Shown piece after piece: positions 38,447 through 47,814 of a stretch of DNA of 64,000 nt. Source of the stretch: Nitrospinales bacterium. Lineage in GTDB: Bacteria > Nitrospinota > Nitrospinia > Nitrospinales > VA-1. The translations under genes and the position numbers were made by a program. The notes under the pieces were generated by a model that did no database searches, was not told where the DNA came from, and worked only from the letters and a program-made list of their open reading frames with translations. The DNA lies in assembly GCA_965223345.1 (NCBI GenBank), contig CBDCWG010000012.1:1376001-1440000 (forward strand). The letters run 5' to 3'. Numbering within the stretch: the stretch's first letter is position 1; each line of letters opens with the position of its first letter.

Positions 38447-39595
38447 CTAGCGATACCCTTCCATCAGAATTTCCTGTGCCGCGCCGACGCCTTTTCCGAA
38501 CTCGATGTCGGCGCCGAATTTTTTCAACGCCATTTCCAGAGCCGAGATCGCGAGGATCACGTCGAAGGTATCGACATAGCCCAGATGCGCGATGCGCACG
38601 ATCTTGCCTTTCCACTGGTCCTGGCCGCCGGCCAGGGTCACGCCGAATTCGTCGCGGATGGTCTTCACCAGTTTGCCGCCGTCCACGCCGTCCGGAACGA
38701 ACACGCCGGTGGCGCTGTCCGCCGGGGAATCGGGAGCGATCCGCTTGAGCCCCATCGCTTCCACCGCCGCGCGCGTGGCGCGGGCCAGCCGGTTGTGGCG
38801 CTGGAACACGTTTTCCAGTCCTTCCTGCTTGATGTTGGCCAGCACTCGGCGCAGGCCGATGACCAGAGACACCGCCGGCGTGTAGGCGGAGGTTTTGTCG
38901 GCCAGGTTTTTCTTTTCCTTTTTGAAGTCGAAATAAAACCGGGGGCAGGTGGATTTTTCCGCAAACTTCCAGGCTTTCTCGCTCAGGGCCACAAGCGCCA
39001 GCCCCGGCGGCAGCTCCAGCGCTTTCTGCGATCCGGTGATCATGGCGTCGATGCCCCACGCATCCATGGGCAGATCGAAAACGCCCAGTCCGGTGATCGC
39101 ATCCACCACCAGAAGCAGGTCGTCGCGGTCGCGGGTGAGTTTCGACAGCGCCTCGATGGGCTGCGCGGCGGTGGTGGAGGTTTCGGAAGCCTGCACCAGG
39201 ATGCCGCGGATGTCTTTTTCTTTGTTCAGGATGGCTTCGATCTCTTCGACTTTCGCCGCCTGTCCCCATTCCACCGCGTGCCAGACCACTTTCAATCCGT
39301 AGGATTCGGAGATTTTGCCCCAGCGTTCGCCGAATTTGCCGCCGTTGATGACCAGGACCTTGTCTCCCGGGGAGAACAGATTGGTCACGCAGCCCTCCAT
39401 GCCACCGGTTCCGGTGGAGGCGAGGATCAGCACATCCTGCTTGGTTTGAAAGAGATATTTGGCGTCGGCGGCGGCCTCGGCGAAAATCGCACTGAACTGC
39501 GGCGTCCGGTGATGCACCATCGGCTGCGCCATTTCCAGCGATACGTGTTCCGGGACCGGGGTCGGTCCGGGGGCGAGAAGATATCTTTTTTTCAT
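38447..39595 (-). CDS. Class V PLP aminotransferase (serine-glyoxylate/AGT family; probable phosphoserine aminotransferase role)
   Basis: PGPTPVP, HHR, TGTGGME, GKFGERW, ETST, DAIT, GSQKAL, RIAHLG; upstream of serA. Confidence 0.92.
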   Translation of the reverse strand: MKKRYLLAPGPTPVPEHVSLEMAQPMVHHRTPQFSAIFAEAAADAKYLFQTKQDVLILASTGTGGMEGCVTNLFSPGDKVLVINGGKFGERWGKISESYGLKVVWHAVEWGQAAKVEEIEAILNKEKDIRGILVQASETSTTAAQPIEALSKLTRDRDDLLLVVDAITGLGVFDLPMDAWGIDAMITGSQKALELPPGLALVALSEKAWKFAEKSTCPRFYFDFKKEKKNLADKTSAYTPAVSLVIGLRRVLANIKQEGLENVFQRHNRLARATRAAVEAMGLKRIAPDSPADSATGVFVPDGVDGGKLVKTIRDEFGVTLAGGQDQWKGKIVRIAHLGYVDTFDVILAISALEMALKKFGADIEFGKGVGAAQEILMEGYR

Positions 39596-39756
39596 CCTGT
39601 CATCCTGTGCGTTGGTTGTTGGGAAGTTCCTTAAGACCAAAGGTGGAGCGGGAATGGGAATCGTCTCCGTTCTCCCGGCGGGTGTCTCCATGAGCCGGAA
39701 ACGACGGAAGTCCGGAAATGCATCCCCGATCTACCGAAACAATGCTTTTATAGGCA

Positions 39757-39964
39757 TCCGTGATTTCCCGCCGATCCGTTCAGCCATACAAAGTCCGAGC
39801 GGAGGGCCGGAGCGTCCAGCGCTCGGCTCAAACCCAAACCATTGAGCTTTTTGGAGATGGCTAACGAGACCCGGGGCCGTGCAAAGGGCTCATCGTGCTG
39901 CTGAAAGGCGACGGCTTTTCGAACCGCCTCTCTCGCCCTGTACCGGGAAATGCGTGACGGAGAC
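39757..39964 (-). ncRNA. Candidate structured leader RNA or ncRNA of unknown family
   Basis: Six nested, compatible stems found by eye, starting just after an AT-rich -10-like element. Confidence 0.4.
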
Positions 39965-40232
39965 TTATCCTTATAATGGAATTGCGGGCCAAAATCCAAT
40001 ATTTTTGCGGTCCGGAGGGAAACTTTCAAGCCGGAGGCTGAAAGAAAGCGGCAATGAGGGGGGGTTCTCAGGTAACCTGCTGAAACTTAAGGTGAAGAGA
40101 TGGCGTCGCGCCGGGGCTGCACCACTCAAAATGAGCAGTCCTGTGCTTCGGTGAAACAGCTTAAATATTGTGCAAGGAATTAATCTGAAGCGGGTGGGGG
40201 CTAAACGGGAACTGCGAAGGAGGGGTGCGGCG

Positions 40233-41288
40233 TTACGGCTGTTTTTCTTCGTCGGGGTTTTCCGGATCTTCGTCGCTGTCTTCCAGCTCCAGTCCCAGGT
40301 CGTCGATCGCCAGGTCCGGCTCGGCCAGGTCCATGTCGGCAGGCAGGTCGCCGTCGAAGATGTCGTCCTCGGCTTCCCCGTCGAAACTCAGATCTTCCAG
40401 TTGCAGATCGGGGTCGATTTCCAGGTCGGTTTCATCCAGCTCCAGATCCGGCTGCAAGCCGATGTCGCCTGTGGCTTCTTCCTGCGGCTCGTCGATCGCA
40501 AGGTCCGTATCCAGCTCGATTTCGTCCACGGCGATGGAGGCGTCGTCCTCCATTTCGTCCTGTTCCTCCTGAACCGGAGCCTCATCTGCGATCTCGTCGT
40601 CGATATCCAGGGCGATTTCGTGTTCCGAGTCATCCAGATCTTCCGGCATCTCGATTTCGACATCCGTCTCGTCGGTTTCGACCTGAATGTCGCCGGTTTC
40701 CTGTTCCAGAGCGTCTTCCTCTTCCACCGGCTCGGCGATTTCCATCTCCGCTTCCGGCGTTTCCAGGACGGCCTCGGGCTCGGCCTGAACCGCTTCTTCG
40801 GGTTCGCTTTCGGTGGGGGCCGCATCGTCCATGGGGACGAATCCCAGGCCTTCCACTTCGATTTCATTCAAGGGGAAGTCGCCGCCGCCGGCCGGATCGA
40901 AGGAGCCCATTCCATAGGGATTTTCCATCATGGCGGGCGTGTCGAATGCAACGGCCTCGGAAAGATCCAGCTCGAACAGGTCCTCAGCGGAATCCATTTC
41001 CGTGGACGCAAAGTCTTCGGCGGGAGCCGCGGACTCGAACAGTCCCTGATCCATGCCGCCTGCGGATTCCTGGACGGCAAGATCGTGCTCGGTGGCTGCC
41101 TCAGCTGCTGAGGAACCGGCTTCCGCCCCGGCAACCGCGAATATGGTGAACATATTCTCCGTGTCGAGGTGCTGGTTCCTGCTGGATGCGTGCTGCTTGA
41201 AGTTGAAGCCGCAGTTGCCGCATTTGGGGACCGATTTGAATACTATGTAACCACATTTGAAGCATTGCATAGTTCCAACATAAGGCAT
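40233..41288 (-). CDS. Zinc-ribbon protein with long D/E-rich low-complexity tail (start 41288 or 41270)
   Basis: CFKC..CGNC followed by about 300 very acidic residues. Confidence 0.8.
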   Translation of the reverse strand: MPYVGTMQCFKCGYIVFKSVPKCGNCGFNFKQHASSRNQHLDTENMFTIFAVAGAEAGSSAAEAATEHDLAVQESAGGMDQGLFESAAPAEDFASTEMDSAEDLFELDLSEAVAFDTPAMMENPYGMGSFDPAGGGDFPLNEIEVEGLGFVPMDDAAPTESEPEEAVQAEPEAVLETPEAEMEIAEPVEEEDALEQETGDIQVETDETDVEIEMPEDLDDSEHEIALDIDDEIADEAPVQEEQDEMEDDASIAVDEIELDTDLAIDEPQEEATGDIGLQPDLELDETDLEIDPDLQLEDLSFDGEAEDDIFDGDLPADMDLAEPDLAIDDLGLELEDSDEDPENPDEEKQP

Positions 41289-41688
41289 AAATCAAATAAG
41301 GTCAAGAAAATTAGATAATTAGGGCTAAATTTATATGTAATTATCGGGCGGGGCATCCGGCGGGTGTGGTGAGAATCCCTGTGAATCCGCCGGTTATTCT
41401 CCCTGCGCTGGGCCTGTGTGTGCGACCGGATGCGAGCCGGCGCCGCCTTCGGCGGGTGAATCCGAAGCGATCTGGGTGAGGAAGAGGGAGGGGAAATGCC
41501 TGCTGGAACAGGGCGAGCGGGCTGCTTGGGTTTTTCGCTTCCTTATTAGCGGATAATGTTTGACGGGCATTTTTAATTTGGATAGAATCTGGTTGTTCCG
41601 CTAAAGGACATGTATTTTCAGGACCCGAAAACAGGCCGAGCGGCCGTTCTTTTCTTGTATCCTTTTTGGCTCGCCCCGCGGGGAGCGG

Positions 41689-42327
41689 ATGAGAATCGGA
41701 AACATCATTCAGTGGTTTCAATTCAAGCTGGGAGGACTGGTTTTTCCCTTGATGGAGCCCGTTTACCGCGGAATGGAAAACCGCGACCCGACCGTCAAGA
41801 AGCATTTCTGCCAGGCGGTGCACAGTCTGGAACAAAAGCGCACCCCCATCGCGCTGCTCAACCTCAATATGGTTTTGAGCATCAAGCCCGACCATTTCCT
41901 CGCCCGGGTTTACCGGGGCCGCATCTATATCCGGGACGGCCGTTACCGGCTGGCTTCGGAAGACTTTCTGCAGGCGAACAAGATCAGCCGGTTTCGATTC
42001 GCTCAATATGATCTGAGCCACGAGTATTTCAGCTCGGTGAAAAAAGAGTTTGGCGAACTGGGCGCCTCCATCTCGAAAAATTTCGATCAGATTTTTGAAG
42101 CCCTGAAAACATCGACCCCGGAACGCGGCGGGGACCCCGATGGCATCGATCAGATCATCGAGTCGCTGCCGTTCTCGGAAGAGAACGGAAAACCCGATTC
42201 GGCTCTCGACGATTACGAATCGATTGAAGATTCAGAATCGATTAGATTCAAGAATTTAGGACCCATAACCCAGAACGAGATTGAAGAAACGGACTGGGAC
42301 AAACTGATCAAAGAACTGACCTCCTGA
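41689..42327 (+). CDS. Hypothetical TPR-like protein
   Basis: LSIKPDHFLARVYRGRIY; RBS GGAG. Confidence 0.72.
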   Translation: MRIGNIIQWFQFKLGGLVFPLMEPVYRGMENRDPTVKKHFCQAVHSLEQKRTPIALLNLNMVLSIKPDHFLARVYRGRIYIRDGRYRLASEDFLQANKISRFRFAQYDLSHEYFSSVKKEFGELGASISKNFDQIFEALKTSTPERGGDPDGIDQIIESLPFSEENGKPDSALDDYESIEDSESIRFKNLGPITQNEIEETDWDKLIKELTS

Positions 42328-42587
42328 CCCGCCTTTTCACCCCCCTGTCTTTCCTGCAACGTCCTGTATCGTTCGGACCCCCTAGAACCCTTCTGCACCG
42401 GTTGCATTTCCGCGCTTTACCTGGATTCGGGTATTGTTATTGATTTTAAAGGGGTTTTGCTGATAATATATAAATAGTTATTGCTTGTAAATCTGTGTGT
42501 GAAAATCGCATCCCCAGAGCGCGGGGACCGGAGCAGGGGGCACCCGCCCGGACGCGGGACGAGGGTGCGGAAGAAAGCCCGATTGTC

Positions 42588-42938
42588 ATGCCGAATCTCA
42601 GAATCGATCAGTTGAAAGTGGGCATGGTCGTGTCCGAGGACGTGTTCGTGGACCGGGGCCGGAAAATCATCTCCCGGGGGAGCATTCTCAACGAGAAGCA
42701 CCTCAAAAGCTTCAAGTCCTGGGGGATCGATGCCATTCCGATCGGCAAAGGAGATTGCGCCGAACCCGTGCAGGAGAGGCCCGAAGACGTCGATCCCGGG
42801 CAGTGGAAGGTGATTCAGGAGCAGGTGGAGGCTTTGTTTTCCCGTTCCAACACCGATTCCTCACTGGTTGTGGAGATGATGCGCCTGTGCGGGATCCACA
42901 AATACAAGCGAGACAAGGGAGTGAACCCGCAACAATGA
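42588..42938 (+). CDS. Hypothetical protein resembling HD-GYP N-terminal accessory domains
   Basis: IDQLKVGMVVSEDV..G..L...L..WGI; ATGA overlap with the HDOD gene. Confidence 0.72.
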   Translation: MPNLRIDQLKVGMVVSEDVFVDRGRKIISRGSILNEKHLKSFKSWGIDAIPIGKGDCAEPVQERPEDVDPGQWKVIQEQVEALFSRSNTDSSLVVEMMRLCGIHKYKRDKGVNPQQ

Positions 42939-43783
42939 CACAGAGCCTGGAGCAGATGCTGTCGGGGTCGATCCGACTGTCCTCACTGCCGGAAATCTAC
43001 ACGAAAATAAACGACGTGATCAACGATCCCGAGTGCTCGTTCAACGACGTTGCGGAAGTGATCAGCAACGACACGTCTTTATCCGTGCGTCTGCTGAAAA
43101 TCGTCAACAGCTCTTTTTATAACTTCCCTTCCAAAATCGGAACCATCGCGCACGCGGTGTCCATCGTGGGGACCCAGCAGCTTCGCGACCTGGCTCTGGC
43201 GACGACCGTCATCAGCGCCTTCAAGGGGATGCCTGAAGAATATGTCTCCATGGATACTTTCTGGAAGCACAGTGTGAGCTGTGCGGTGGCCGCCTGGGTG
43301 GTCGCCATCCATTGCCGCGAAGCCAATGCCGAACGCTATTACCTCGCCGGTATCCTGCACGACATCGGCCGTCTGGTGATTTTCGAGAACCATCCCGAAA
43401 TCGCCGAGGAACTGATGAACCGGCATCAGGCCGGCACCGATAACCTGTATGAAGTGGAGCGGGCGTATCTGGGATACGACCACGGTGAAGTGGGGGCGGC
43501 GCTGCTGGCGGAATGGGACCTGCCTGAATACTTGCAGGAGATTGTCGCCAATCACCATCAACCTCTCGAATCGAAACGGTTCCCGGTCGAGACCGCCATT
43601 TTGAATGTGGCGGATTTCATTTCCAAGTCGATGGAGTTGGGGCACAGCGGCGACCGCTATGTGCCCGCTATGGACGACCGGGTCTGGAAAAAAATAGGAC
43701 TGACGGCGAATTCGCTGGCTTCCATCTGGGACCAAGTCGAAATAAAATACCAGAGCACGATCGAGATCTTCCTTTCCAGTTGA
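42935..43783 (+). CDS. HDOD domain protein
   Basis: SLPEIY, LLKIVNS, FWKHS, GILHDIG, DHGEVG..W.LP..HH. Confidence 0.93.
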   Translation: MTQSLEQMLSGSIRLSSLPEIYTKINDVINDPECSFNDVAEVISNDTSLSVRLLKIVNSSFYNFPSKIGTIAHAVSIVGTQQLRDLALATTVISAFKGMPEEYVSMDTFWKHSVSCAVAAWVVAIHCREANAERYYLAGILHDIGRLVIFENHPEIAEELMNRHQAGTDNLYEVERAYLGYDHGEVGAALLAEWDLPEYLQEIVANHHQPLESKRFPVETAILNVADFISKSMELGHSGDRYVPAMDDRVWKKIGLTANSLASIWDQVEIKYQSTIEIFLSS

Positions 43784-43807
43784 ACCCTTTCTACTCTACG
43801 GCCGGCC

Positions 43808-45163
43808 ATGAAAGAGAAAGAAATCGACAAACTGCGGGCGCGGATCGAATACCTGGAAAGGGCGAACAGCTGGTATTTTTTCGCGCTGGAACGGCTGACC
43901 TCCTTTGGCGATCTGCACAAAGACGTGCAGCAGTTTCGCGAGGCGAAATACCTGTTCGCCAACGCGGAGAAGTACCTGCGGCAGCTGATCGGCTTCAAGA
44001 CGCTGGCGTTCTTCCAGGTGGACGAGCAGACCAACCAGTTCGTGCTCAACGACTGCCATCCTGAATCGGACCGGGAAAAAATCCAGACGGTCACCGACCA
44101 GCAGATCGAAAACGGCAGCTTCGCCTGGGCCCTCAAAAAGAACCGCCCGCTGATCGTCGAGGGGGAATCCCCGAACGACCACTTCATCTTTCACGCCCTG
44201 GCGACCAAATCCCGGGTCCGGGGCATGTTTGCCGGCTGGCTGAAGAAAAAGGCGCACAAAATTCCCGTCGAGCAGCTGAACCTGATCTCCGTCATCCTTT
44301 CCTTCACCGCCTATGCGCTGGAAAGCGGCATGCTGTATAAAATCGTGTCGCGCCAGAACCTCAACCTGGAAGAGATGGTTGCCAAACGCACCCTCAAGCT
44401 GGAAACCCAGGCGCATGAGCTGAAAAAGGAAATCCGCGAGCGTAAAAAAGTGGTCGAGGAGCTCAACCGCAGCAATCAGGAACTGCAGGATTTCGCTTCC
44501 ATCGCCTCGCACGACCTGCAGGAACCCTTGAGGAAGGTGATGATCTTCGGCGACCGGCTGAAGGACAAATTCTCGAACAAACTGGACGAAACGGGGGTCA
44601 GTTATCTGCAGCGGATGACCAGCGCCTCGGCGCGCATGCAGAAGCTGATCGATGAGCTGTTGTCGTTTTCCAGGGTGAGCACGAAAGCCAAGCCGTTTGA
44701 ATCGACCGACCTGAACAAGGTGCTGGACGAGGTGCTGACGGATCTGGAAGGCCGCATCACCAAATCCAATGCGAAGATCGAACTGGGCGGCCTGCCGACG
44801 ATCGATGCCGATCCGGTGCAGATGCAGCAGTTGTTCCAGAACCTGGTGGGAAACGCCCTCAAGTTCAAGCGCGAAGGGGTGCCGCCGGTGGTGTCGATCG
44901 GGGGGCATGTGAACGGCGGTGAGATCTGCGAAATCCGGGTTCAGGACAACGGGATCGGGCTGGATGAAAAGTACGTGGACCGCATCTTCAAACCCTTCGA
45001 ACGGCTGCACGGCCGCAGCGAATTCGAAGGCACGGGGATGGGGCTCGCCATCTGCCAGAAAATCGTCAAGCGGCACAACGGCAGCATCAAGGTGAAAAGC
45101 GGCGCCGACAGCGGCTCCACCTTCATCATCTATCTGCCTTCCAGGCAGGTCAAGTCCTCCTGA
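43808..45163 (+). CDS. Cytoplasmic sensor histidine kinase (GAF-like, HisKA, HATPase)
   Basis: SHDLQEPLR, NLVGNALKF, DNGIG, GTGMGLAIC. Confidence 0.93.
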   Translation: MKEKEIDKLRARIEYLERANSWYFFALERLTSFGDLHKDVQQFREAKYLFANAEKYLRQLIGFKTLAFFQVDEQTNQFVLNDCHPESDREKIQTVTDQQIENGSFAWALKKNRPLIVEGESPNDHFIFHALATKSRVRGMFAGWLKKKAHKIPVEQLNLISVILSFTAYALESGMLYKIVSRQNLNLEEMVAKRTLKLETQAHELKKEIRERKKVVEELNRSNQELQDFASIASHDLQEPLRKVMIFGDRLKDKFSNKLDETGVSYLQRMTSASARMQKLIDELLSFSRVSTKAKPFESTDLNKVLDEVLTDLEGRITKSNAKIELGGLPTIDADPVQMQQLFQNLVGNALKFKREGVPPVVSIGGHVNGGEICEIRVQDNGIGLDEKYVDRIFKPFERLHGRSEFEGTGMGLAICQKIVKRHNGSIKVKSGADSGSTFIIYLPSRQVKSS

Positions 45164-45233
45164 AGAGGACGCGTCCCCACCGGTTTTTCAATTTCCTCAA
45201 GCGGATCGTTGCAGAGCGGGCGGGTGTGCTGCA

Positions 45234-45713
45234 TCAGCCCATGCAGAGTCCGTCCACGGTGTTGTTTTTCTCTCCCGAACCTTCGGCGATGCTGTTTCTC
45301 GAATCGACGATGATCGTGAACACACATCTGTCGAAGCAGGCGTCCTCAGGCAGGTTGAGCGCCAGATCGACTACTTTTTCGCCCACAGGCGGCGTGTCGA
45401 TATGATAACGCCGGTACTCGCCGCGGCTGAACAGCACGACGGAGGTGGTGGAAGATTGAGACGTCGGCGGCCCCATGTTCCTGAGTGATATTTTCAGCTT
45501 CGACCCCTCCACCTTGCAGAACGCTTCGGGCCCTTTCATGTAGGTTCCATCGGGTCCCTTTTTGCGGACGGGAACCAGGTCCGGCTCGCTGGCCGGGGCC
45601 GGTTCGAGATCGGTGACCACCGGCACCGGGCGTGCCGGCGCGCAGTTGCCCAAACCCGCTAAAAGGAAAATAAAAAGAATCGACCGCAGGATTTTCCGAT
45701 GAATCCTTTCCAT
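45234..45713 (-). CDS. Putative lipoprotein with CARDB/Ig-like domain
   Basis: Lipobox-like LGNC; PDLVP..RNMG..VDSRNSIAE..NNT. Confidence 0.65.
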   Translation of the reverse strand: MERIHRKILRSILFIFLLAGLGNCAPARPVPVVTDLEPAPASEPDLVPVRKKGPDGTYMKGPEAFCKVEGSKLKISLRNMGPPTSQSSTTSVVLFSRGEYRRYHIDTPPVGEKVVDLALNLPEDACFDRCVFTIIVDSRNSIAEGSGEKNNTVDGLCMG

Positions 45714-46029
45714 GGGACCTCTGGGGAAGTCAATCGTATCGGTGTGTGTTTGTTGTCCGATGTTTTCGCCGCGCCAAGGCGCGTGCACCCGATCAGGCGC
45801 ATTTTCCTGCACATCCATTATCGCTTTTTCGCGGCGGGAATTGAATCCCCTAATCGGGGTAGGCACGCGATTGGCTTCGCGGGCCGGAAGTTGCTTGATC
45901 GTCGTCCGATCCGGTAACATGGGGACGAAGCGCTGGAAGGGAATATTTGATTCCCTCCCACGGTCTTAATACAGGATTGAGGTCTGGGGTGATCCACGCC
46001 CATCGCCAACGTTTGTTTCGAGGTCCACG

Positions 46030-46392
46030 ATGATTCCGCTGAAAGAGTTCATGACGTCGCCGGTGCAGCATGTCGATTCGCAAACCACAGTGAAAGTCGC
46101 TTCCGTGAAGATGAAAGAAGGCAAGATCAGCTCGCTTCTGGTGAAGGAAGGCGAGGACATGGTGGGCATCGTCACCAAGACCGACTTGGTGAACAAAGTC
46201 CTGGCCGCCGGACGCGACCCGGACGTCGCCACGGTGGGGGAGATCATGTCGCAGCCGGTGGTTTCCCTGGATGCGTACGTGTTCCGCAGTGAAGCCCACG
46301 ATCTGATGCTGCGCAAAGGCATCAAGCACCTGGTGGTGACGCAGGGCAGCAAACCCGTCGGCATTCTGACCCGCAAGGACATGCTCACCTGA
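46030..46392 (+). CDS. CBS-pair protein
   Basis: MTSPV..VGIVTKTD..IMSQPV..VGILTRKD. Confidence 0.92.
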   Translation: MIPLKEFMTSPVQHVDSQTTVKVASVKMKEGKISSLLVKEGEDMVGIVTKTDLVNKVLAAGRDPDVATVGEIMSQPVVSLDAYVFRSEAHDLMLRKGIKHLVVTQGSKPVGILTRKDMLT

Positions 46393-46405
46393 ACACAGCG
46401 ATCGC

Positions 46406-46439
46406 CCGCCTCCGCTCACCGCGGAGGCGGTTTTTTTTT
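46406..46439 (+). terminator. Rho-independent terminator
   Basis: CCGCCTCCGC-tcacc-GCGGAGGCGG followed by T9. Confidence 0.88.
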
Positions 46440-46495
46440 GCCCTCCGCCGCCTTCCATCCGCGCAAAAGCGCCCCCTCTGCGCCGCGCGCCCTCT

Positions 46496-46520
46496 GTTAC
46501 AAATTGAAACAATTCGTTAC
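46496..46520 (+). promoter_or_regulatory. Candidate OmpR/CpxR-type operator
   Basis: GTTAC-N5-GAAAC-N5-GTTAC, direct repeats with 10-bp period. Confidence 0.55.
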
Positions 46521-46594
46521 GCTGCCGAAAGGATCCTTTCCAGGGAACGGGCTAGGATGAGCACAATGAAACCCGAACCTGAAAGGAGCCCAAA

Positions 46595-47050
46595 ATGGAA
46601 ATCACAGGAAAACTCATCGCATTAACGGTCGCCGGCGTGCTGCTGGCGGGCGCCATCACCGCGTGCGGCAAGGGGCATTTCCGCATGAGCCCGGAAAAAC
46701 GCGCCCAGTACTTCATGGAACAGGTCACCGAGGAACTGAAGCTCACGGGACCGCAGGTGGCGAAGCTGGGTGCGGTCAAGGACGCCCTGCTCAAAGCGCG
46801 CGGGGAGATGCTGGCGCAGCGCAAGGCCACCCAGGAGTCCGTCCTGCAGATGCTGGAGCAGCCGACGATGGACCGCGACTGGGTGCTTTCTCTGGTCCAG
46901 CAGCGCACCCAGGAGGTGAACGACAAGGCGCCGCAGGTCGTGGCCGCGCTGGGGAATTTCTACGACACGCTGAGCCCCGAACAGCGGCAGAAACTGCGGG
47001 ATGAAGTCCGGCAGCACATGGAGCACCGCCGCCACCACTGGCGGCACTGA
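46595..47050 (+). CDS. Spy/CpxP family envelope-stress lipoprotein
   Basis: Lipobox ITAC; LKLTGPQ and LSPEQR (LTxxQ motifs). Confidence 0.85.
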   Translation: MEITGKLIALTVAGVLLAGAITACGKGHFRMSPEKRAQYFMEQVTEELKLTGPQVAKLGAVKDALLKARGEMLAQRKATQESVLQMLEQPTMDRDWVLSLVQQRTQEVNDKAPQVVAALGNFYDTLSPEQRQKLRDEVRQHMEHRRHHWRH

Positions 47051-47145
47051 GTCGCGCGGCCCGCGCAGAGCGGAATTCCGCCCGGCGCGGGCAGTGTGGT
47101 ATAAATGAAAACCGTGACGCCGGTTTCCTTTCTTTCTAGAGAGCC

Positions 47146-47814
47146 ATGGCCCTCATCTACCTCATCGACGACGACGAACGGCTGGCCGATCTGTTGCGCC
47201 GCTATTTTGAGCGCTTCGATCTCGACCTGGAAAGCGCCACCAAACCCAGTGAGGGGCTGAAGCGGCTCGGGAAAGGCGGCGTCGATCTGGTGGTGCTGGA
47301 CGTCATGCTGCCGGAGATGGACGGTTTCGAGGTGTGCAAGACGATCCGCAAATCGAGCGAGGTGCCCATCATCATGCTGACAGCGCGCGGCGACGTCATG
47401 GACCGTGTGGTGGGCATCGAGCTGGGGGCCGACGACTACCTTCCCAAACCCTTCGAGCCGCGGGAACTGGTGGCGCGCATCCACACGATCCTGAAACGGG
47501 CCGGAAAAACCCAGGAGGCGGTCCTGCATTTCGATGCGCTGATTGTGGACACCCAGCGCCGGCAGGCGACGCTGGATGCCGCCGAACTCGCCCTGACCTC
47601 CATGGAGTACCAGCTTCTGGAGCTGTTCGCGCGCAACGCCGGCAAGGTTTTCACGCGCGATGAAATCCTCAATCACCTGCAGGGCGTCGAGGCGGACGTG
47701 TATTCCCGTTCGGTGGACATCCTGGTCAGCCGGCTCAGGCAAAAGCTCAAGCCACTCGACATCATCCGCACCGTGCGCGGCAGCGGCTACTGTTTCGCCG
47801 GGAAAAGCCGATGA
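47146..47814 (+). CDS. OmpR-family response regulator
   Basis: IDDD, LDVMLP, MLTARG, GADDYLPKPF, winged helix. Confidence 0.95.
   Translation: MALIYLIDDDERLADLLRRYFERFDLDLESATKPSEGLKRLGKGGVDLVVLDVMLPEMDGFEVCKTIRKSSEVPIIMLTARGDVMDRVVGIELGADDYLPKPFEPRELVARIHTILKRAGKTQEAVLHFDALIVDTQRRQATLDAAELALTSMEYQLLELFARNAGKVFTRDEILNHLQGVEADVYSRSVDILVSRLRQKLKPLDIIRTVRGSGYCFAGKSR

Noticed and set aside
40010..40090. Glycine riboswitch (AAACTTTCAAG and TTCTCAGGTA look-alikes)
   Set aside because: Wrong strand for serA and lacks the GGAGA/CCGAAG core.
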